A DNA stretch of 64,000 nucleotides from a virus. The position numbers and the translations under genes are program-made. Shown piece by piece: positions 42,466 through 51,981 of this stretch; the first letter of the stretch is position 1; each line of letters starts with the position of its first letter. The stretch is from IMG/VR virus record IMGVR_UViG_3300045988_069864; one strand, written 5' to 3'. The notes beneath the pieces are model-generated. The model ran no database searches and was not told the origin of the DNA. It worked only from the letters and a program-made list of their open reading frames with translations.

Positions 42466-42738
42466 ATGAGTGAAAATGTTGAAATGAATGCAGTTGAGGT
42501 CAAGGAAACTGTCGAAACCAAAAAGAACTTTGGTTCCAAACTTATCGATGGCATCAAGGAGCATAAGAAGGAAATCGCAGGTATTGCGGTGACCGCCGTA
42601 TGCAGCTATGCCGCATATAAGTATGGTGTCAAGGTCGGACTTAAAAAGATCGACGTTAAACCTGTCATCGAAGCTGTAGCTGACACTGACATTGGCGACG
42701 TGGTTGAGGACGTTATTGAAGACACAACGGAAATCTGA
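42466..42738 (+). CDS. hypothetical single-TM protein with an acidic C-terminus
   Basis: 90 aa. SD AAAGGAG. TM segment 'IAGIAVTAVCSYAAY'. Confidence 0.55.
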   Translation: MSENVEMNAVEVKETVETKKNFGSKLIDGIKEHKKEIAGIAVTAVCSYAAYKYGVKVGLKKIDVKPVIEAVADTDIGDVVEDVIEDTTEI

Positions 42739-42744
42739 TTACTA

Positions 42745-42790
42745 AAAGGGGAGGCACCCATAACAAGGTGCTTTCCCTTTTTACTTTTTG
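42745..42790 (+). terminator. intrinsic terminator
   Basis: AAGGGGAGGCACC..GGTGCTTTCCCTT followed by TTTACTTTTT. Confidence 0.65.
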
Positions 42791-42799
42791 GAGGTTAGG

Positions 42800-43000
42800 A
42801 TGAGCGAGTATCATCGATATGTTTATATAGGCCCGGTGTTGTTATTTGACAGCTGCATCACTGGAAATTGGAAAGCAGAGACAATGGCTGTCTCTAAAGA
42901 GAAAGCTTTGAGTAATCTCAAACATCAATATAAGAAAAAACAACGATTGGCAGTTAATTCCAAAATTGATTTGCCTGGAAAATTAAAAGCTGTCGATTAA
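42800..43000 (+). CDS. hypothetical protein
   Basis: 66 aa. SD GGAGGTTAGG. Confidence 0.5.
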   Translation: MSEYHRYVYIGPVLLFDSCITGNWKAETMAVSKEKALSNLKHQYKKKQRLAVNSKIDLPGKLKAVD

Positions 43001-43014
43001 AGGAGGCATTTATC

Positions 43015-43626
43015 ATGGATGATTTTAAACCAAACTCTCACCGTTTCAAAGAAGAACAGAACAACCTGCCCGCATTGCCGGAGCCAAAGAAAGTTGAAAA
43101 GGTTGTAACTGGCACCGTTAAAACTCGAAAGAAAACTGAGTTTGACAAGATCAAAGAAACGTTTATTTCCGAAGACGCTCGTAATATCAAAAGTTTTGTG
43201 ATTGACGACGTTCTTATTCCGTCCATCAAGAAAGCGATCAGCGATATTGTTGTTAATAGTATCGACATGCTCCTTTATGGAGATAGTGGTAGACCTAATA
43301 GACGTACTACTGTAACTGATCGTTTCTCTTATGATCAATGCAGTCGAAATCGTACTACTAGAACTGAATCTCGTGGACGTTCCGGGTATGACTTCGATGA
43401 TATTGTTCTCGAGACTAGGGGTGAAGCTGAAGCTGTCTTGTCTCAAATGGATGCAATTATTGATACTTACGGTGTGGCGAAAGTATCTGACTTGTATGAT
43501 CTTGTCGGTAAAACTTGCGCTTACACTGATAATAAATACGGTTGGACCAATCTTCGCAATGCCGAACCGATTCGAGTTCGTGATGGATATTTGTTGAAGA
43601 TGCCCAAAGCAATTCCCATTGATTAA
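43015..43626 (+). CDS. conserved hypothetical phage protein
   Basis: 203 aa. SD AAAGGAGG. Confidence 0.6.
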   Translation: MDDFKPNSHRFKEEQNNLPALPEPKKVEKVVTGTVKTRKKTEFDKIKETFISEDARNIKSFVIDDVLIPSIKKAISDIVVNSIDMLLYGDSGRPNRRTTVTDRFSYDQCSRNRTTRTESRGRSGYDFDDIVLETRGEAEAVLSQMDAIIDTYGVAKVSDLYDLVGKTCAYTDNKYGWTNLRNAEPIRVRDGYLLKMPKAIPID

Positions 43627-43636
43627 GGAGTAACAA

Positions 43637-43978
43637 ATGATTAGGAATGATATTTTGGAAAAGGCTCGTTCTATCATTAACGGTGAGCGAGCCGGTACTT
43701 ATGGTAAAGCGGAAGATAGCTTTGCTACCATTGCCCAAATGTGGAGCGCATATTTGGACCATCCGGTTACTAGTGCCGATGTGGCAAATATGATGATTCT
43801 TTTGAAAATTGCTCGTAATTCCAGTGGTGTTTATAAGGATGACAATTGGATTGATATTTGTGGCTATGCGGCTTTGGGTGCCGAAATTCAGAGCGATGCA
43901 AGTAAAACAGAATTTGGAAAAATGTATTCTGAAACTATCGCGGCCATGAAAAAATATGCTAATAACGAAAAGGAGTAA
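43637..43978 (+). CDS. conserved hypothetical phage protein (DUF6378-like pattern)
   Basis: 113 aa. 'GERAGTYGKAEDSFATIAQMWSAYL...ADVANMMILLKIAR...DNWIDICGYAALGAEI'. Confidence 0.5.
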   Translation: MIRNDILEKARSIINGERAGTYGKAEDSFATIAQMWSAYLDHPVTSADVANMMILLKIARNSSGVYKDDNWIDICGYAALGAEIQSDASKTEFGKMYSETIAAMKKYANNEKE

Positions 43979-43984
43979 TGAACT

Positions 43985-44911
43985 ATGAAATTCAATGATA
44001 TTATGGCGAGTGCATCTCGTACGTTCAGCAAGGTAAGTCTGCAGGGCAAGAAGTATGCACCCGAGGTTATGATTGTTGTCGGTGTCGTTGGTGTTGTAGC
44101 CAGTGCTGTTATGGCATGCAAAGCCACTACTAAGGCCGGTGCTATTGTAGAAGATACCAAGGATCAGATGGATCAGATCCATGAAGTAGCTGAAACTCAT
44201 GCTGAGGAATATTCTGAAGACGATATGAAGAAAGACACTGTCATCGTCTACACTCAGACTGCTGTCAAATTCGCAAAACTGTACGGTCCAGCGGTTATTC
44301 TTGGCGCTGCTTCTATCGCATGCATCCTTGGTTCTCATCATATTTTGAGTAAACGTAATGCTGCTTTGGCTGCTGCTTACGCAACTGTGGATAAAGGATT
44401 TAAAGAATACCGTGGTCGTGTAATCGAGCGTTTCGGCAGGGAACTCGATAAAGAACTTCGCTATAATGTCAAGGCGAAAGACTTTGAGGAAACTGTAGTC
44501 AACGAAGAAACCGGTGAAGAGACTAAAGTTACGAACACTGTAAACGTAGCTGATCCTAATGATTATAGTGACTATGCTCGTTTCTTTGATGATGGATGCA
44601 CTGGTTGGACCAAGGATTCTGAGCAGAATTTATATTTCCTGAAATGTCAGCAGAACTATGCTAATGAGCGTCTTCAGAAAAAAGGCTATTTGTTCCTGAA
44701 TGATGTGTATGAAATGCTTGGTATTCCTAAGACCAAGGCTGGTCAGATTGTTGGTTGGATCTATGACAAGAAGAATCCTGTAGGCGACAACTTTGTAGAT
44801 TTCGGCATTTACAACATGAACCGTGAGAAAGCTCGCGACTTTGTTAACGGTTATGAACGCACTATCCTGCTTGACTTCAATGTCGATGGTAATATTCTCG
44901 ACTTGATCTAA
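43985..44911 (+). CDS. 2-TM paralog 3, function unknown
   Basis: 308 aa. 'VMIVVGVVGVVASAVMACKATTKA', 'AVILGAASIACILGSHHILSKRNAALAAAYATVDKGFKEYRGRV' and 'KGYLFLNDVYEMLGIPK'. Confidence 0.7.
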   Translation: MKFNDIMASASRTFSKVSLQGKKYAPEVMIVVGVVGVVASAVMACKATTKAGAIVEDTKDQMDQIHEVAETHAEEYSEDDMKKDTVIVYTQTAVKFAKLYGPAVILGAASIACILGSHHILSKRNAALAAAYATVDKGFKEYRGRVIERFGRELDKELRYNVKAKDFEETVVNEETGEETKVTNTVNVADPNDYSDYARFFDDGCTGWTKDSEQNLYFLKCQQNYANERLQKKGYLFLNDVYEMLGIPKTKAGQIVGWIYDKKNPVGDNFVDFGIYNMNREKARDFVNGYERTILLDFNVDGNILDLI

Positions 44912-44978
44912 TCTCAAATTACCTTTGTCTCTTTGCTAGCGGAGACAGGGGTAATTATATTTGAAAGGAGTGACTTAA

Positions 44979-45206
44979 ATGACTGGGCGAGATCTGATCG
45001 TGTATATTCTTCAGAACAATCTTGAAGATACAGACGTGGACTCCATTATGTCATCGGTTTTCATTGATGAGGAAAAAGTTGCTAAGAAGTTTAACGTTGG
45101 TGTTGCAACGGTAAGAACTTGGTATGCTCTTGGAATCATTAGAGGTTTCGAGGACCATAACAAGTTATATTTCCCAATCACCATTAAAGATCCTAGAAAG
45201 GAATGA
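44979..45206 (+). CDS. small HTH (MerR/excisionase-like) DNA-binding protein
   Basis: 75 aa. 'VAKKFNVGVATVRTWYALGIIRG'. Confidence 0.45.
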   Translation: MTGRDLIVYILQNNLEDTDVDSIMSSVFIDEEKVAKKFNVGVATVRTWYALGIIRGFEDHNKLYFPITIKDPRKE

Positions 45207-45302
45207 GCAATATGCTAAAAACCCTAGAAGCAGTTTTTGCAGTAATGTCAGCTCTATGTCTTGCTAGTGGTATCGCAATCCTACACGGAAGGGGCTGATC
45301 TT

Positions 45303-45449
45303 ATGGACAGATTCGAAGAGATTCTATCTATTATAGATGAAGCATTAAACACAAAACGGAAGCGTCATATTGTTGGTGGAGTTCTTTTGAGTACCGCATT
45401 ACTTTTCGGGAGGCTTAGCTTTCACCGTTATAACGTTACGAGAGGATGA
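45303..45449 (+). CDS. small membrane protein (48 aa)
   Basis: ATG 45303. TM segment 'IVGGVLLSTALLFG'. Confidence 0.35.
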   Translation: MDRFEEILSIIDEALNTKRKRHIVGGVLLSTALLFGRLSFHRYNVTRG

Positions 45450-46027
45450 AGATGATGGGAGATAAAATTGTAAAACTTCTTATATTTGGAGTAGGTGCTG
45501 CTATCGGTTCGGTCGTAACTTGGAAACTTGTAAAAACAAAATATAAGCGAATTGCAGACGAAGAGATCGAGTCTGTGAAAAAAATCTACAATTATAAAAA
45601 GATCGCTGAAGAACACGCAGCAAAGCCTGAAGTTAAGGTTCAAAATGTTGTTGAAGTTGAGCCAAAGGTTAACCAGGATCGTGTCGATTATTCGAAGTTA
45701 ACCGTGGATCTTGGTTATACAAATGAATCTAAGGAAGGAGGAGAGGACATGCATGAGAAGCCCTATGTGATTGCTCCAGAAGAATTCGGCGAAATGGATG
45801 ACTACGAAACTGTTAGTCTGACATACTATTCCGATGGTGTTTTGACTGACGACTTTGACAATGAGATTGAAGATGTCGAAGGTATGGTCGGTGAAGATTC
45901 GCTGGATCATTTTGGTGAGTATGAGGACGACTCTGTCTTTGTACGAAATGACCGATATAAAACCGATTATGAAATTCTTCTGGATCTTCGTAAGTATTCT
46001 GATGTTAAAAAGTCCAATCCTAATTAA
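45446..46027 (+). CDS. hypothetical N-terminally anchored protein with an acidic C-terminal domain
   Basis: 193 aa. TM segment 'IVKLLIFGVGAAIGSVVTW'. Confidence 0.6.
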   Translation: MKMMGDKIVKLLIFGVGAAIGSVVTWKLVKTKYKRIADEEIESVKKIYNYKKIAEEHAAKPEVKVQNVVEVEPKVNQDRVDYSKLTVDLGYTNESKEGGEDMHEKPYVIAPEEFGEMDDYETVSLTYYSDGVLTDDFDNEIEDVEGMVGEDSLDHFGEYEDDSVFVRNDRYKTDYEILLDLRKYSDVKKSNPN

Positions 46028-46041
46028 GGAGTGGATAGTTT

Positions 46042-46596
46042 ATGACATTTGGAGATCGAATAACTAATGAATACTTCGATTGGATGTATGATCTAGCTTG
46101 TAAAGATCGATATCCTGAACAAATCTCATATCGAAAACTGTTTGTGCTGCTTCATGATACCGAATTCATCTATTCTATTCCGAGAGATAAAAACCGAGCT
46201 GAGGATGGAATAGATTTACGTTATCGATTTTCTCGTCTTAAAGGCTATGAGCAAGATGGTATTGATATTTATCAGTATCTCGACATGCCATGTAGTGTGC
46301 TTGAGATGATTCTTGCACTGGCTATCAGATGCGAAGAAACGATAATGGACGATCCAAGCATTGGTGATCGAACTCAGCAATGGTTTTGGGGGATGATCAC
46401 TAATCTTGGTCTTGGTTCTATGACTGATAGCAGATTTGACAGAGATGCCGCGAATGATATTCTTGAACGGTTTCTTAATCGAGAATATGAGCCCGATGGT
46501 AAGGGCGGATTATTCACGGTTAGAAATTGCGATTCCGATCTACGAGATGTTGAAATCTGGTATCAGATGTGCGGGTATCTCAACCATATTACTTGA
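46042..46596 (+). CDS. hypothetical protein
   Basis: 184 aa. SD AAGGAGTGG. Confidence 0.6.
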   Translation: MTFGDRITNEYFDWMYDLACKDRYPEQISYRKLFVLLHDTEFIYSIPRDKNRAEDGIDLRYRFSRLKGYEQDGIDIYQYLDMPCSVLEMILALAIRCEETIMDDPSIGDRTQQWFWGMITNLGLGSMTDSRFDRDAANDILERFLNREYEPDGKGGLFTVRNCDSDLRDVEIWYQMCGYLNHIT

Positions 46597-46615
46597 TATT
46601 TGAAAGGAGTCATAA

Positions 46616-46879
46616 ATGGAACCACTCTATATTCAGCTTGCTAAAGAATGTGAAATGATCAATCGTAACTTTGCTAATGTTGGTGAGGATATTAACGCTA
46701 TCGCCAAAGCACTTGCGAAGCAGCGTAGATTCAATACTAAGACTACTATCCTTCTAGTTGTGGGCGGTATTTGTATCTATGGCATTGCCGAACAGTGTAA
46801 AGAGCTGACCAAAAAAGTAAATGATTTAGAGCAAGAGGTCTACAAACTCAAATATCCCGACGTGTTCAAGGAGGATTGA
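46616..46879 (+). CDS. hypothetical single-TM protein
   Basis: 87 aa. SD AAAGGAG. Confidence 0.55.
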   Translation: MEPLYIQLAKECEMINRNFANVGEDINAIAKALAKQRRFNTKTTILLVVGGICIYGIAEQCKELTKKVNDLEQEVYKLKYPDVFKED

Positions 46880-46883
46880 GAAT

Positions 46884-49800
46884 GTGCTTGATTTCTTGCT
46901 GATTTCAACAAGATCCAAGAAGCAAGGAGTCGTCGAGGTATATCCTAAGTTCGTGATAAAGAAAAGTAAGGACTTAATGATCCGAGGCGGCGATTTCTAT
47001 GCTGTTTGGATCGAGGATCGGGGCTTGTGGTCCACAGATGAGCAGGACGCTTTATATTTGATTGACCAAGCGTTGGATGCATACGCAAATGATTATAAAC
47101 AGAAAACTTCTGATACGGTCATAACCCTTCATTTGTGGGATGCTGGCTCAGGAATGATTGACGCTTGGCATAAGTATTGTCAGAAGCAGATGCGTGATAA
47201 CTTCCACATGCTTGATGAAAAATTGATATTCTTGAACACTCCTACGAATAAGAAGGATTATGCAAGTAAAAAGCTCAATTATTCTCTTGAACCTGGCAGC
47301 ATTGATGCATATGAGAAGATCATTTCTACCTTATATTCTCCAGAAGAGCGCCACAAGATTGAATGGGCTATTGGGTCTATTATCGAAGGCGATTCGAAAA
47401 CGATTCAGAAATTTGTAGTCTTTTACGGTTCAATGGGCACAGGTAAATCTACGATTCTGAATATTATTCAACAGTTATTTGAGGGTTACTATTCGGTCTT
47501 TGATGCTAAGGCATTGGGATCGTCTAGTAACTCTTTTGCTTTGGAGCCGTTCAAAAACAATCCTCTTGTGGCTATTCAACATGATGGTGACTTATCGAAA
47601 ATCGAAGATAACACTCGTTTAAACAGTCTGGTTTCTCACGAGATGATGACCGTGAATGAGAAGTTTAAGTCTGCATATTCTAATCGATTTAAATGTTTCT
47701 TGTTCATGGGTACGAATAATCCTGTGAAGATTACTGACGGTAAATCCGGTTTGATTCGAAGACTGATTGATGTATCTCCATCTGGAAACAAGTTGAAGCC
47801 AAAAGAGTATAAGGCTGCTGTAAAGCAGGTGTCGTTTGAACTTGGAGCTATAGCAAGCCATTGTCATGAGGTATATTTAGACGATCCTGGAGCATACGAT
47901 GACTATATTCCGGTTGCAATGCTGGGAGCATCAAACGACTTCTACAACTTTATTGTCGATAACTATCATATTTTCAAGAAAGACGATGGAACGACACTGA
48001 AAGCTGCTTGGGAGATGTATAAAGTATATTGTGATGAGGCGAAGGTTCCTTTCTCGTTGAGTAAGATGAAATTCAAGGAGGAATTGAAGAACTATTTCTG
48101 GGACTTCAAAGAACGATTCGTAGCAGAAGATGGATCTCGTGTACGTAGCTACTACACAGGATTCAGAACTGATAAATTTGAAAACGAAATTGAAGATCCA
48201 AAAATTCCCAGGGAGGAAAAACCGTGGATTCAATTCAATTCGACGGAATCTATATTTGACAAAGAATGCGCGGATTGCTTTGCACAGTATGCTTCGTCAA
48301 AAGAGACTCCGAGTAAAAAATGGGATGACGTAACTTCTACTCTGAAAGATTTGGATACAACAAAGCTTCATTATGTGAAAGTTCCGGAGAATCATATAGT
48401 GATCGACTTCGATATTCCAGATGAGAAAGGAGAGAAGTCGCTTGAGAGAAACCTTGCTGCTGCTTCTTCTTGGCCTACTACTTATGCGGAACTTTCTAAA
48501 AGTGGTGCGGGTATCCACCTACATTATGTTTACGCTGGCGATGTTACTCGCCTTAGTCGGGTGTACGATGATCATATTGAAATAAAAGTATTTAACGGAA
48601 AAAGCTCGCTGAGGCGCAAATTAACCAAATGCAATGATATTCCGATCGCGACTATTAACTCCGGGTTGCCGTTGAAGGAGGATGCAAAATTGATTAATAA
48701 AGACGTAGTTCAGACTGAAAAAGGTCTTCGAACTACTATTAAGAAATGCCTAAACAAAGAGGTTCATCCGAACACGAGATGTAATGTTGATTTCATCAAT
48801 GATATTTTGACTAAAGCCTATGATAGTGGAATTTCATATGACGTATCTGATATGAAAAATGCTGTAATTGCTTTTGCAGCACAAAGCACCAATCAATCGG
48901 ACTATTGCATCAAGCTCGTCAATAGGATGAAATTCAAGTCGGACGAACCTTCAGTTAATAAAGAAGATGAGTCAGCAGACCTGGTCTTTTACGATGTAGA
49001 GGTCTTCCCGAACTTATTCCTTGTGAACTGGAAAATTGCTGGCGAAGGAAAACCGGTAGTCCGAATGATCAATCCTAAGCCGAGTGAGATTGAGGATTTA
49101 CTGAGATTCAAACTTGTTGGCTTTAACTGTCGTCGTTACGACAATCACATGCTTTATGCCAGAATGATTGGCTATACAACCGAGCAGTTGTATGAATTGT
49201 CTCAAAAGATCATTAACACCAAGAAAGGTACTAAAGGCGTATTCTTCGGTGAAGCCTATAACCTCTCGTACACTGATATTTACGACTTCGCTTCTGCCGG
49301 TAACAAAAAGAGCTTGAAGAAACTCGAGATCGAGATGGGTATCCATCATCAGGAGCTCGGACTTCCTTGGGATCAGCCGGTACCGAAAGAAAGATGGATT
49401 GAGGTTGCTGAATATTGCGATAATGACGTTATTGCGACCGAGGCAGCATTCAACTATCTGAAAGCGGATTGGACTGCTCGAGAAATTCTGGCTGACTTGG
49501 CTGGCATGACGGTTAATGATACGACTAACAGTCTCACAACCAAGATTATATTTGGTAACAACAAGAAACCCCAAGGATCTTTCTGTTATCGAGATATGTC
49601 GAAACCGGTCACGGCACTTGATCCGGAAGTCGAAGCATTCTTGAACATGGCTTGTCCCGAAATGATGCAGGCTGCTACTGATGAATCTTATCTCCCATAT
49701 TTTCCTGGGTACAAATTCGAGGGTGGCAAGTCTACTTACCGTGAGGAAGAAGTCGGTGAGGGTGGCTATGTATATTCTGAACCTGGCATATATTTCGATG

Positions 49801-50861
49801 TAGCGCTGCTTGATATTGCTTCCATGCATCCTCATAGTCTTATTGCCGAGTGTTTGTTGGGTGTCCAATTCACTAAAGCATTCCGTGATATTGTTGAGGG
49901 TCGAGTGAGTATCAAGCATGAAGCTTGGGATGAAGTTAGCCATATGCTGGATGGTAAGCTTGTTCCTTATATTCAGAAAGTAAAAGATGGAGAACTAACT
50001 TCAAAACAGCTTGCTGATGCACTTAAGACGGCCATTAACTCGGTTTATGGTTTAACATCTGCCAGCTTCGACAATCCGTTCCATGATCCTCGTAACAAGG
50101 ATAACATCGTAGCTAAGCGTGGCGCTCTATTCATGATCGACTTGAAACATGAAGTTCAGAAACGAGGATTCACTGTTGCTCATATCAAGACGGACTCAAT
50201 CAAGATCCCGAATGCTACTCCGGAGATTATTGAGTTTGTTATGGATTTCGGCAAGCGTTATGGCTACACATTCGAGCATGAGGCTACTTATGAACGTATG
50301 TGTCTCGTGAATGATGCTGTTTATATTGCTAAGTATAAAGACGGTAAACATGCTGGAGAATGGACTGCTACTGGTAAGCAATTCGCTGTTCCTTATTTGT
50401 TCAAGACTCTGTTTAGCAAGGAACCTATTGAATTCGACGACGTATGTGAGACTTTCTCGGTTAGCTCTGCTTTATATTTGGACATGAATGAACGTCTACC
50501 CGAAGGCGAACATAACTACCAATTCATCGGAAAGGTTGGTCAATTCTGTCCGATTAAACCTGGCTGCGGTGGCGGTGAACTTGTTCGGGAGGGTGTCGAT
50601 AAGGATGGTAACACCAAATACGATTCTGCTTCTGGTGCCAAAGGTTATCGTTGGCTTGAATCTGAGATGGTTCGAGTTCTTGGTAAAGAGGAAGATATTG
50701 ATCGCTCGTTCTATGGAAAACTCGTAGATGACGCTGTTGAATCTATTTCTCAGTACGGAGATTTCGAACAGTTTGTCGGAGATGATATTTCTAATGAGGA
50801 ACCTCCGTGGAATAATCCAGACGAGCCTTGGAACGAAACAACCGCATTCGATGTGCGATAA
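46884..50861 (+). CDS. replicase fusion: D5/P4-type P-loop NTPase + AEP-like primase module + 3'-5' exonuclease/family-B DNA polymerase
   Basis: 1325 aa, GTG start after AAGGAGGA. Walker A 'YGSMGTGKST'. AEP-like 'VIDFD' and 'SGAGIHLHY'. Exo motifs 'FYDVEVFPN', 'NCRRYDNHML' and 'YCDNDVIATE'. PolB motifs 'DIASMHPHS' (A), 'KTAINSVYG' (B) and 'IKTDSI' (C). Confidence 0.75.
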   Translation: MLDFLLISTRSKKQGVVEVYPKFVIKKSKDLMIRGGDFYAVWIEDRGLWSTDEQDALYLIDQALDAYANDYKQKTSDTVITLHLWDAGSGMIDAWHKYCQKQMRDNFHMLDEKLIFLNTPTNKKDYASKKLNYSLEPGSIDAYEKIISTLYSPEERHKIEWAIGSIIEGDSKTIQKFVVFYGSMGTGKSTILNIIQQLFEGYYSVFDAKALGSSSNSFALEPFKNNPLVAIQHDGDLSKIEDNTRLNSLVSHEMMTVNEKFKSAYSNRFKCFLFMGTNNPVKITDGKSGLIRRLIDVSPSGNKLKPKEYKAAVKQVSFELGAIASHCHEVYLDDPGAYDDYIPVAMLGASNDFYNFIVDNYHIFKKDDGTTLKAAWEMYKVYCDEAKVPFSLSKMKFKEELKNYFWDFKERFVAEDGSRVRSYYTGFRTDKFENEIEDPKIPREEKPWIQFNSTESIFDKECADCFAQYASSKETPSKKWDDVTSTLKDLDTTKLHYVKVPENHIVIDFDIPDEKGEKSLERNLAAASSWPTTYAELSKSGAGIHLHYVYAGDVTRLSRVYDDHIEIKVFNGKSSLRRKLTKCNDIPIATINSGLPLKEDAKLINKDVVQTEKGLRTTIKKCLNKEVHPNTRCNVDFINDILTKAYDSGISYDVSDMKNAVIAFAAQSTNQSDYCIKLVNRMKFKSDEPSVNKEDESADLVFYDVEVFPNLFLVNWKIAGEGKPVVRMINPKPSEIEDLLRFKLVGFNCRRYDNHMLYARMIGYTTEQLYELSQKIINTKKGTKGVFFGEAYNLSYTDIYDFASAGNKKSLKKLEIEMGIHHQELGLPWDQPVPKERWIEVAEYCDNDVIATEAAFNYLKADWTAREILADLAGMTVNDTTNSLTTKIIFGNNKKPQGSFCYRDMSKPVTALDPEVEAFLNMACPEMMQAATDESYLPYFPGYKFEGGKSTYREEEVGEGGYVYSEPGIYFDVALLDIASMHPHSLIAECLLGVQFTKAFRDIVEGRVSIKHEAWDEVSHMLDGKLVPYIQKVKDGELTSKQLADALKTAINSVYGLTSASFDNPFHDPRNKDNIVAKRGALFMIDLKHEVQKRGFTVAHIKTDSIKIPNATPEIIEFVMDFGKRYGYTFEHEATYERMCLVNDAVYIAKYKDGKHAGEWTATGKQFAVPYLFKTLFSKEPIEFDDVCETFSVSSALYLDMNERLPEGEHNYQFIGKVGQFCPIKPGCGGGELVREGVDKDGNTKYDSASGAKGYRWLESEMVRVLGKEEDIDRSFYGKLVDDAVESISQYGDFEQFVGDDISNEEPPWNNPDEPWNETTAFDVR

Positions 50862-50889
50862 TTCGCTAATTTTGCATGTCATATTATGA
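50862..50889 (+). promoter_or_regulatory. Bipartite promoter-like motif copy
   Basis: TTCGCT AATTTTGCATGTCATA TTATGA, abutting the SD AAGGAG. Confidence 0.45.
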
Positions 50890-50904
50890 AAGGAGTGATT
50901 CTAA

Positions 50905-51105
50905 ATGAAAATCACTGATGGTATCAAACTCGGTTTTGGTCTTGCAATTGGTAAGACTCTGTATGACATCGCATTTGCTGCCGGTGGAACAGTATTGTTC
51001 CAGGTGGCTAGCAATGACGATAAGTTCGTAGAATGGTGTGAAACCAATGCACCCAAAACCTACGCGAACCTCATGAAATTCAAAGGTGAAAATCACACCG
51101 ACTAA
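50905..51105 (+). CDS. hypothetical protein
   Basis: 66 aa. SD AAAGGAGTG. Confidence 0.55.
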   Translation: MKITDGIKLGFGLAIGKTLYDIAFAAGGTVLFQVASNDDKFVEWCETNAPKTYANLMKFKGENHTD

Positions 51106-51107
51106 AA

Positions 51108-51146
51108 AAGCCCAAAGGGCCCTGTAACAGGGGCTCTTTGCTTTTA
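51108..51146 (+). terminator. intrinsic terminator
   Basis: AGCCC..GGGCT with an inner CCTG/CAGG stem, followed by CTTTGCTTTT. Confidence 0.55.
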
Positions 51147-51176
51147 TATTTTACTATTTTAAAGGAGACTCTACCA

Positions 51177-51428
51177 ATGGAAGAAAAGAAGAATGTGAAA
51201 TGCGTTTGCAAGAAATGCGGTAAAGAATTTACTGCGCCTAAAGCTTATGAGCTTTGCTACGATTGCAGTAACGAAGTAGTCGAAACTCGTAAGTGTCGTC
51301 AGTGCGGTAAGGAATTTAAAATCAAGCTTGGTGAATCCGTTTTTTATGAAAAGACGGGTCTTAAACTTCCTAATCGTTGTCCCGAGTGCCGCAAAGAACA
51401 TAAAGTACGTCCTAAGAAAATTAATTAA
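51177..51428 (+). CDS. double zinc-ribbon protein
   Basis: 83 aa. 'CKKCGKEF...CYDC' and 'CRQCGKEF...CPEC'. Confidence 0.6.
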   Translation: MEEKKNVKCVCKKCGKEFTAPKAYELCYDCSNEVVETRKCRQCGKEFKIKLGESVFYEKTGLKLPNRCPECRKEHKVRPKKIN

Positions 51429-51458
51429 AAATATTTAAGAAAAAAGGAGAATTATATT

Positions 51459-51938
51459 ATGAACATTGCATATGCACCTCGCGGTATCCTTCAGATCGAT
51501 GATGCTCGTATCATTTACCGTAACTTTGCAGGCGTTGGTAGTAAGTTTAATCGTGATGGCGATCGCAACTTCGCAGTTATTATTCCTAATCAGGAGATTG
51601 CCGACGAGCTGATTGAAGCCGGTTGGAACATTAAGATCAAGCCTCCCAGAGATGATCAGGACATGCCGTTCATGTATCTGCCGGTTAAGATCAAGTTCAA
51701 TGACCGCGGTCCTAATGTATATTTGGTTACTGGTGACCGTCGTAATCCGCTGAATGAAGAGACTGTTGGCTGCATTGACGACATTGATATTTCCAGTGTA
51801 AATCTGGACATTCGCCCGTATGACTGGGAAGTGAATGGTAAGGCTGGTCGTACTGCGTATCTGCAGGCAATGGAAGTCATTCAGGAGATCGATCGCTTCG
51901 CAGCTCGCTATGCTGAGGAAGAACATCCTGAGGAATAA
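51459..51938 (+). CDS. putative ssDNA-binding protein (T7 gp2.5-like pattern)
   Basis: 159 aa. 'DIRPYDWEVNGKAGRTAYLQAMEV' parallels the 'LVPYKW..G..VKLQL' region of gp2.5. Acidic tail 'AEEEHPEE'. Confidence 0.4.
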   Translation: MNIAYAPRGILQIDDARIIYRNFAGVGSKFNRDGDRNFAVIIPNQEIADELIEAGWNIKIKPPRDDQDMPFMYLPVKIKFNDRGPNVYLVTGDRRNPLNEETVGCIDDIDISSVNLDIRPYDWEVNGKAGRTAYLQAMEVIQEIDRFAARYAEEEHPEE

Positions 51939-51966
51939 ATCGCGAATCCTACTTCTTCTTTAATGA
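51939..51966 (+). promoter_or_regulatory. Bipartite promoter-like motif copy
   Basis: ATCGCG AATCCTACTTCTTCTT TAATGA, abutting the SD AGGAGG. Confidence 0.45.
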
Positions 51967-51981
51967 AGGAGGTTGATATTT

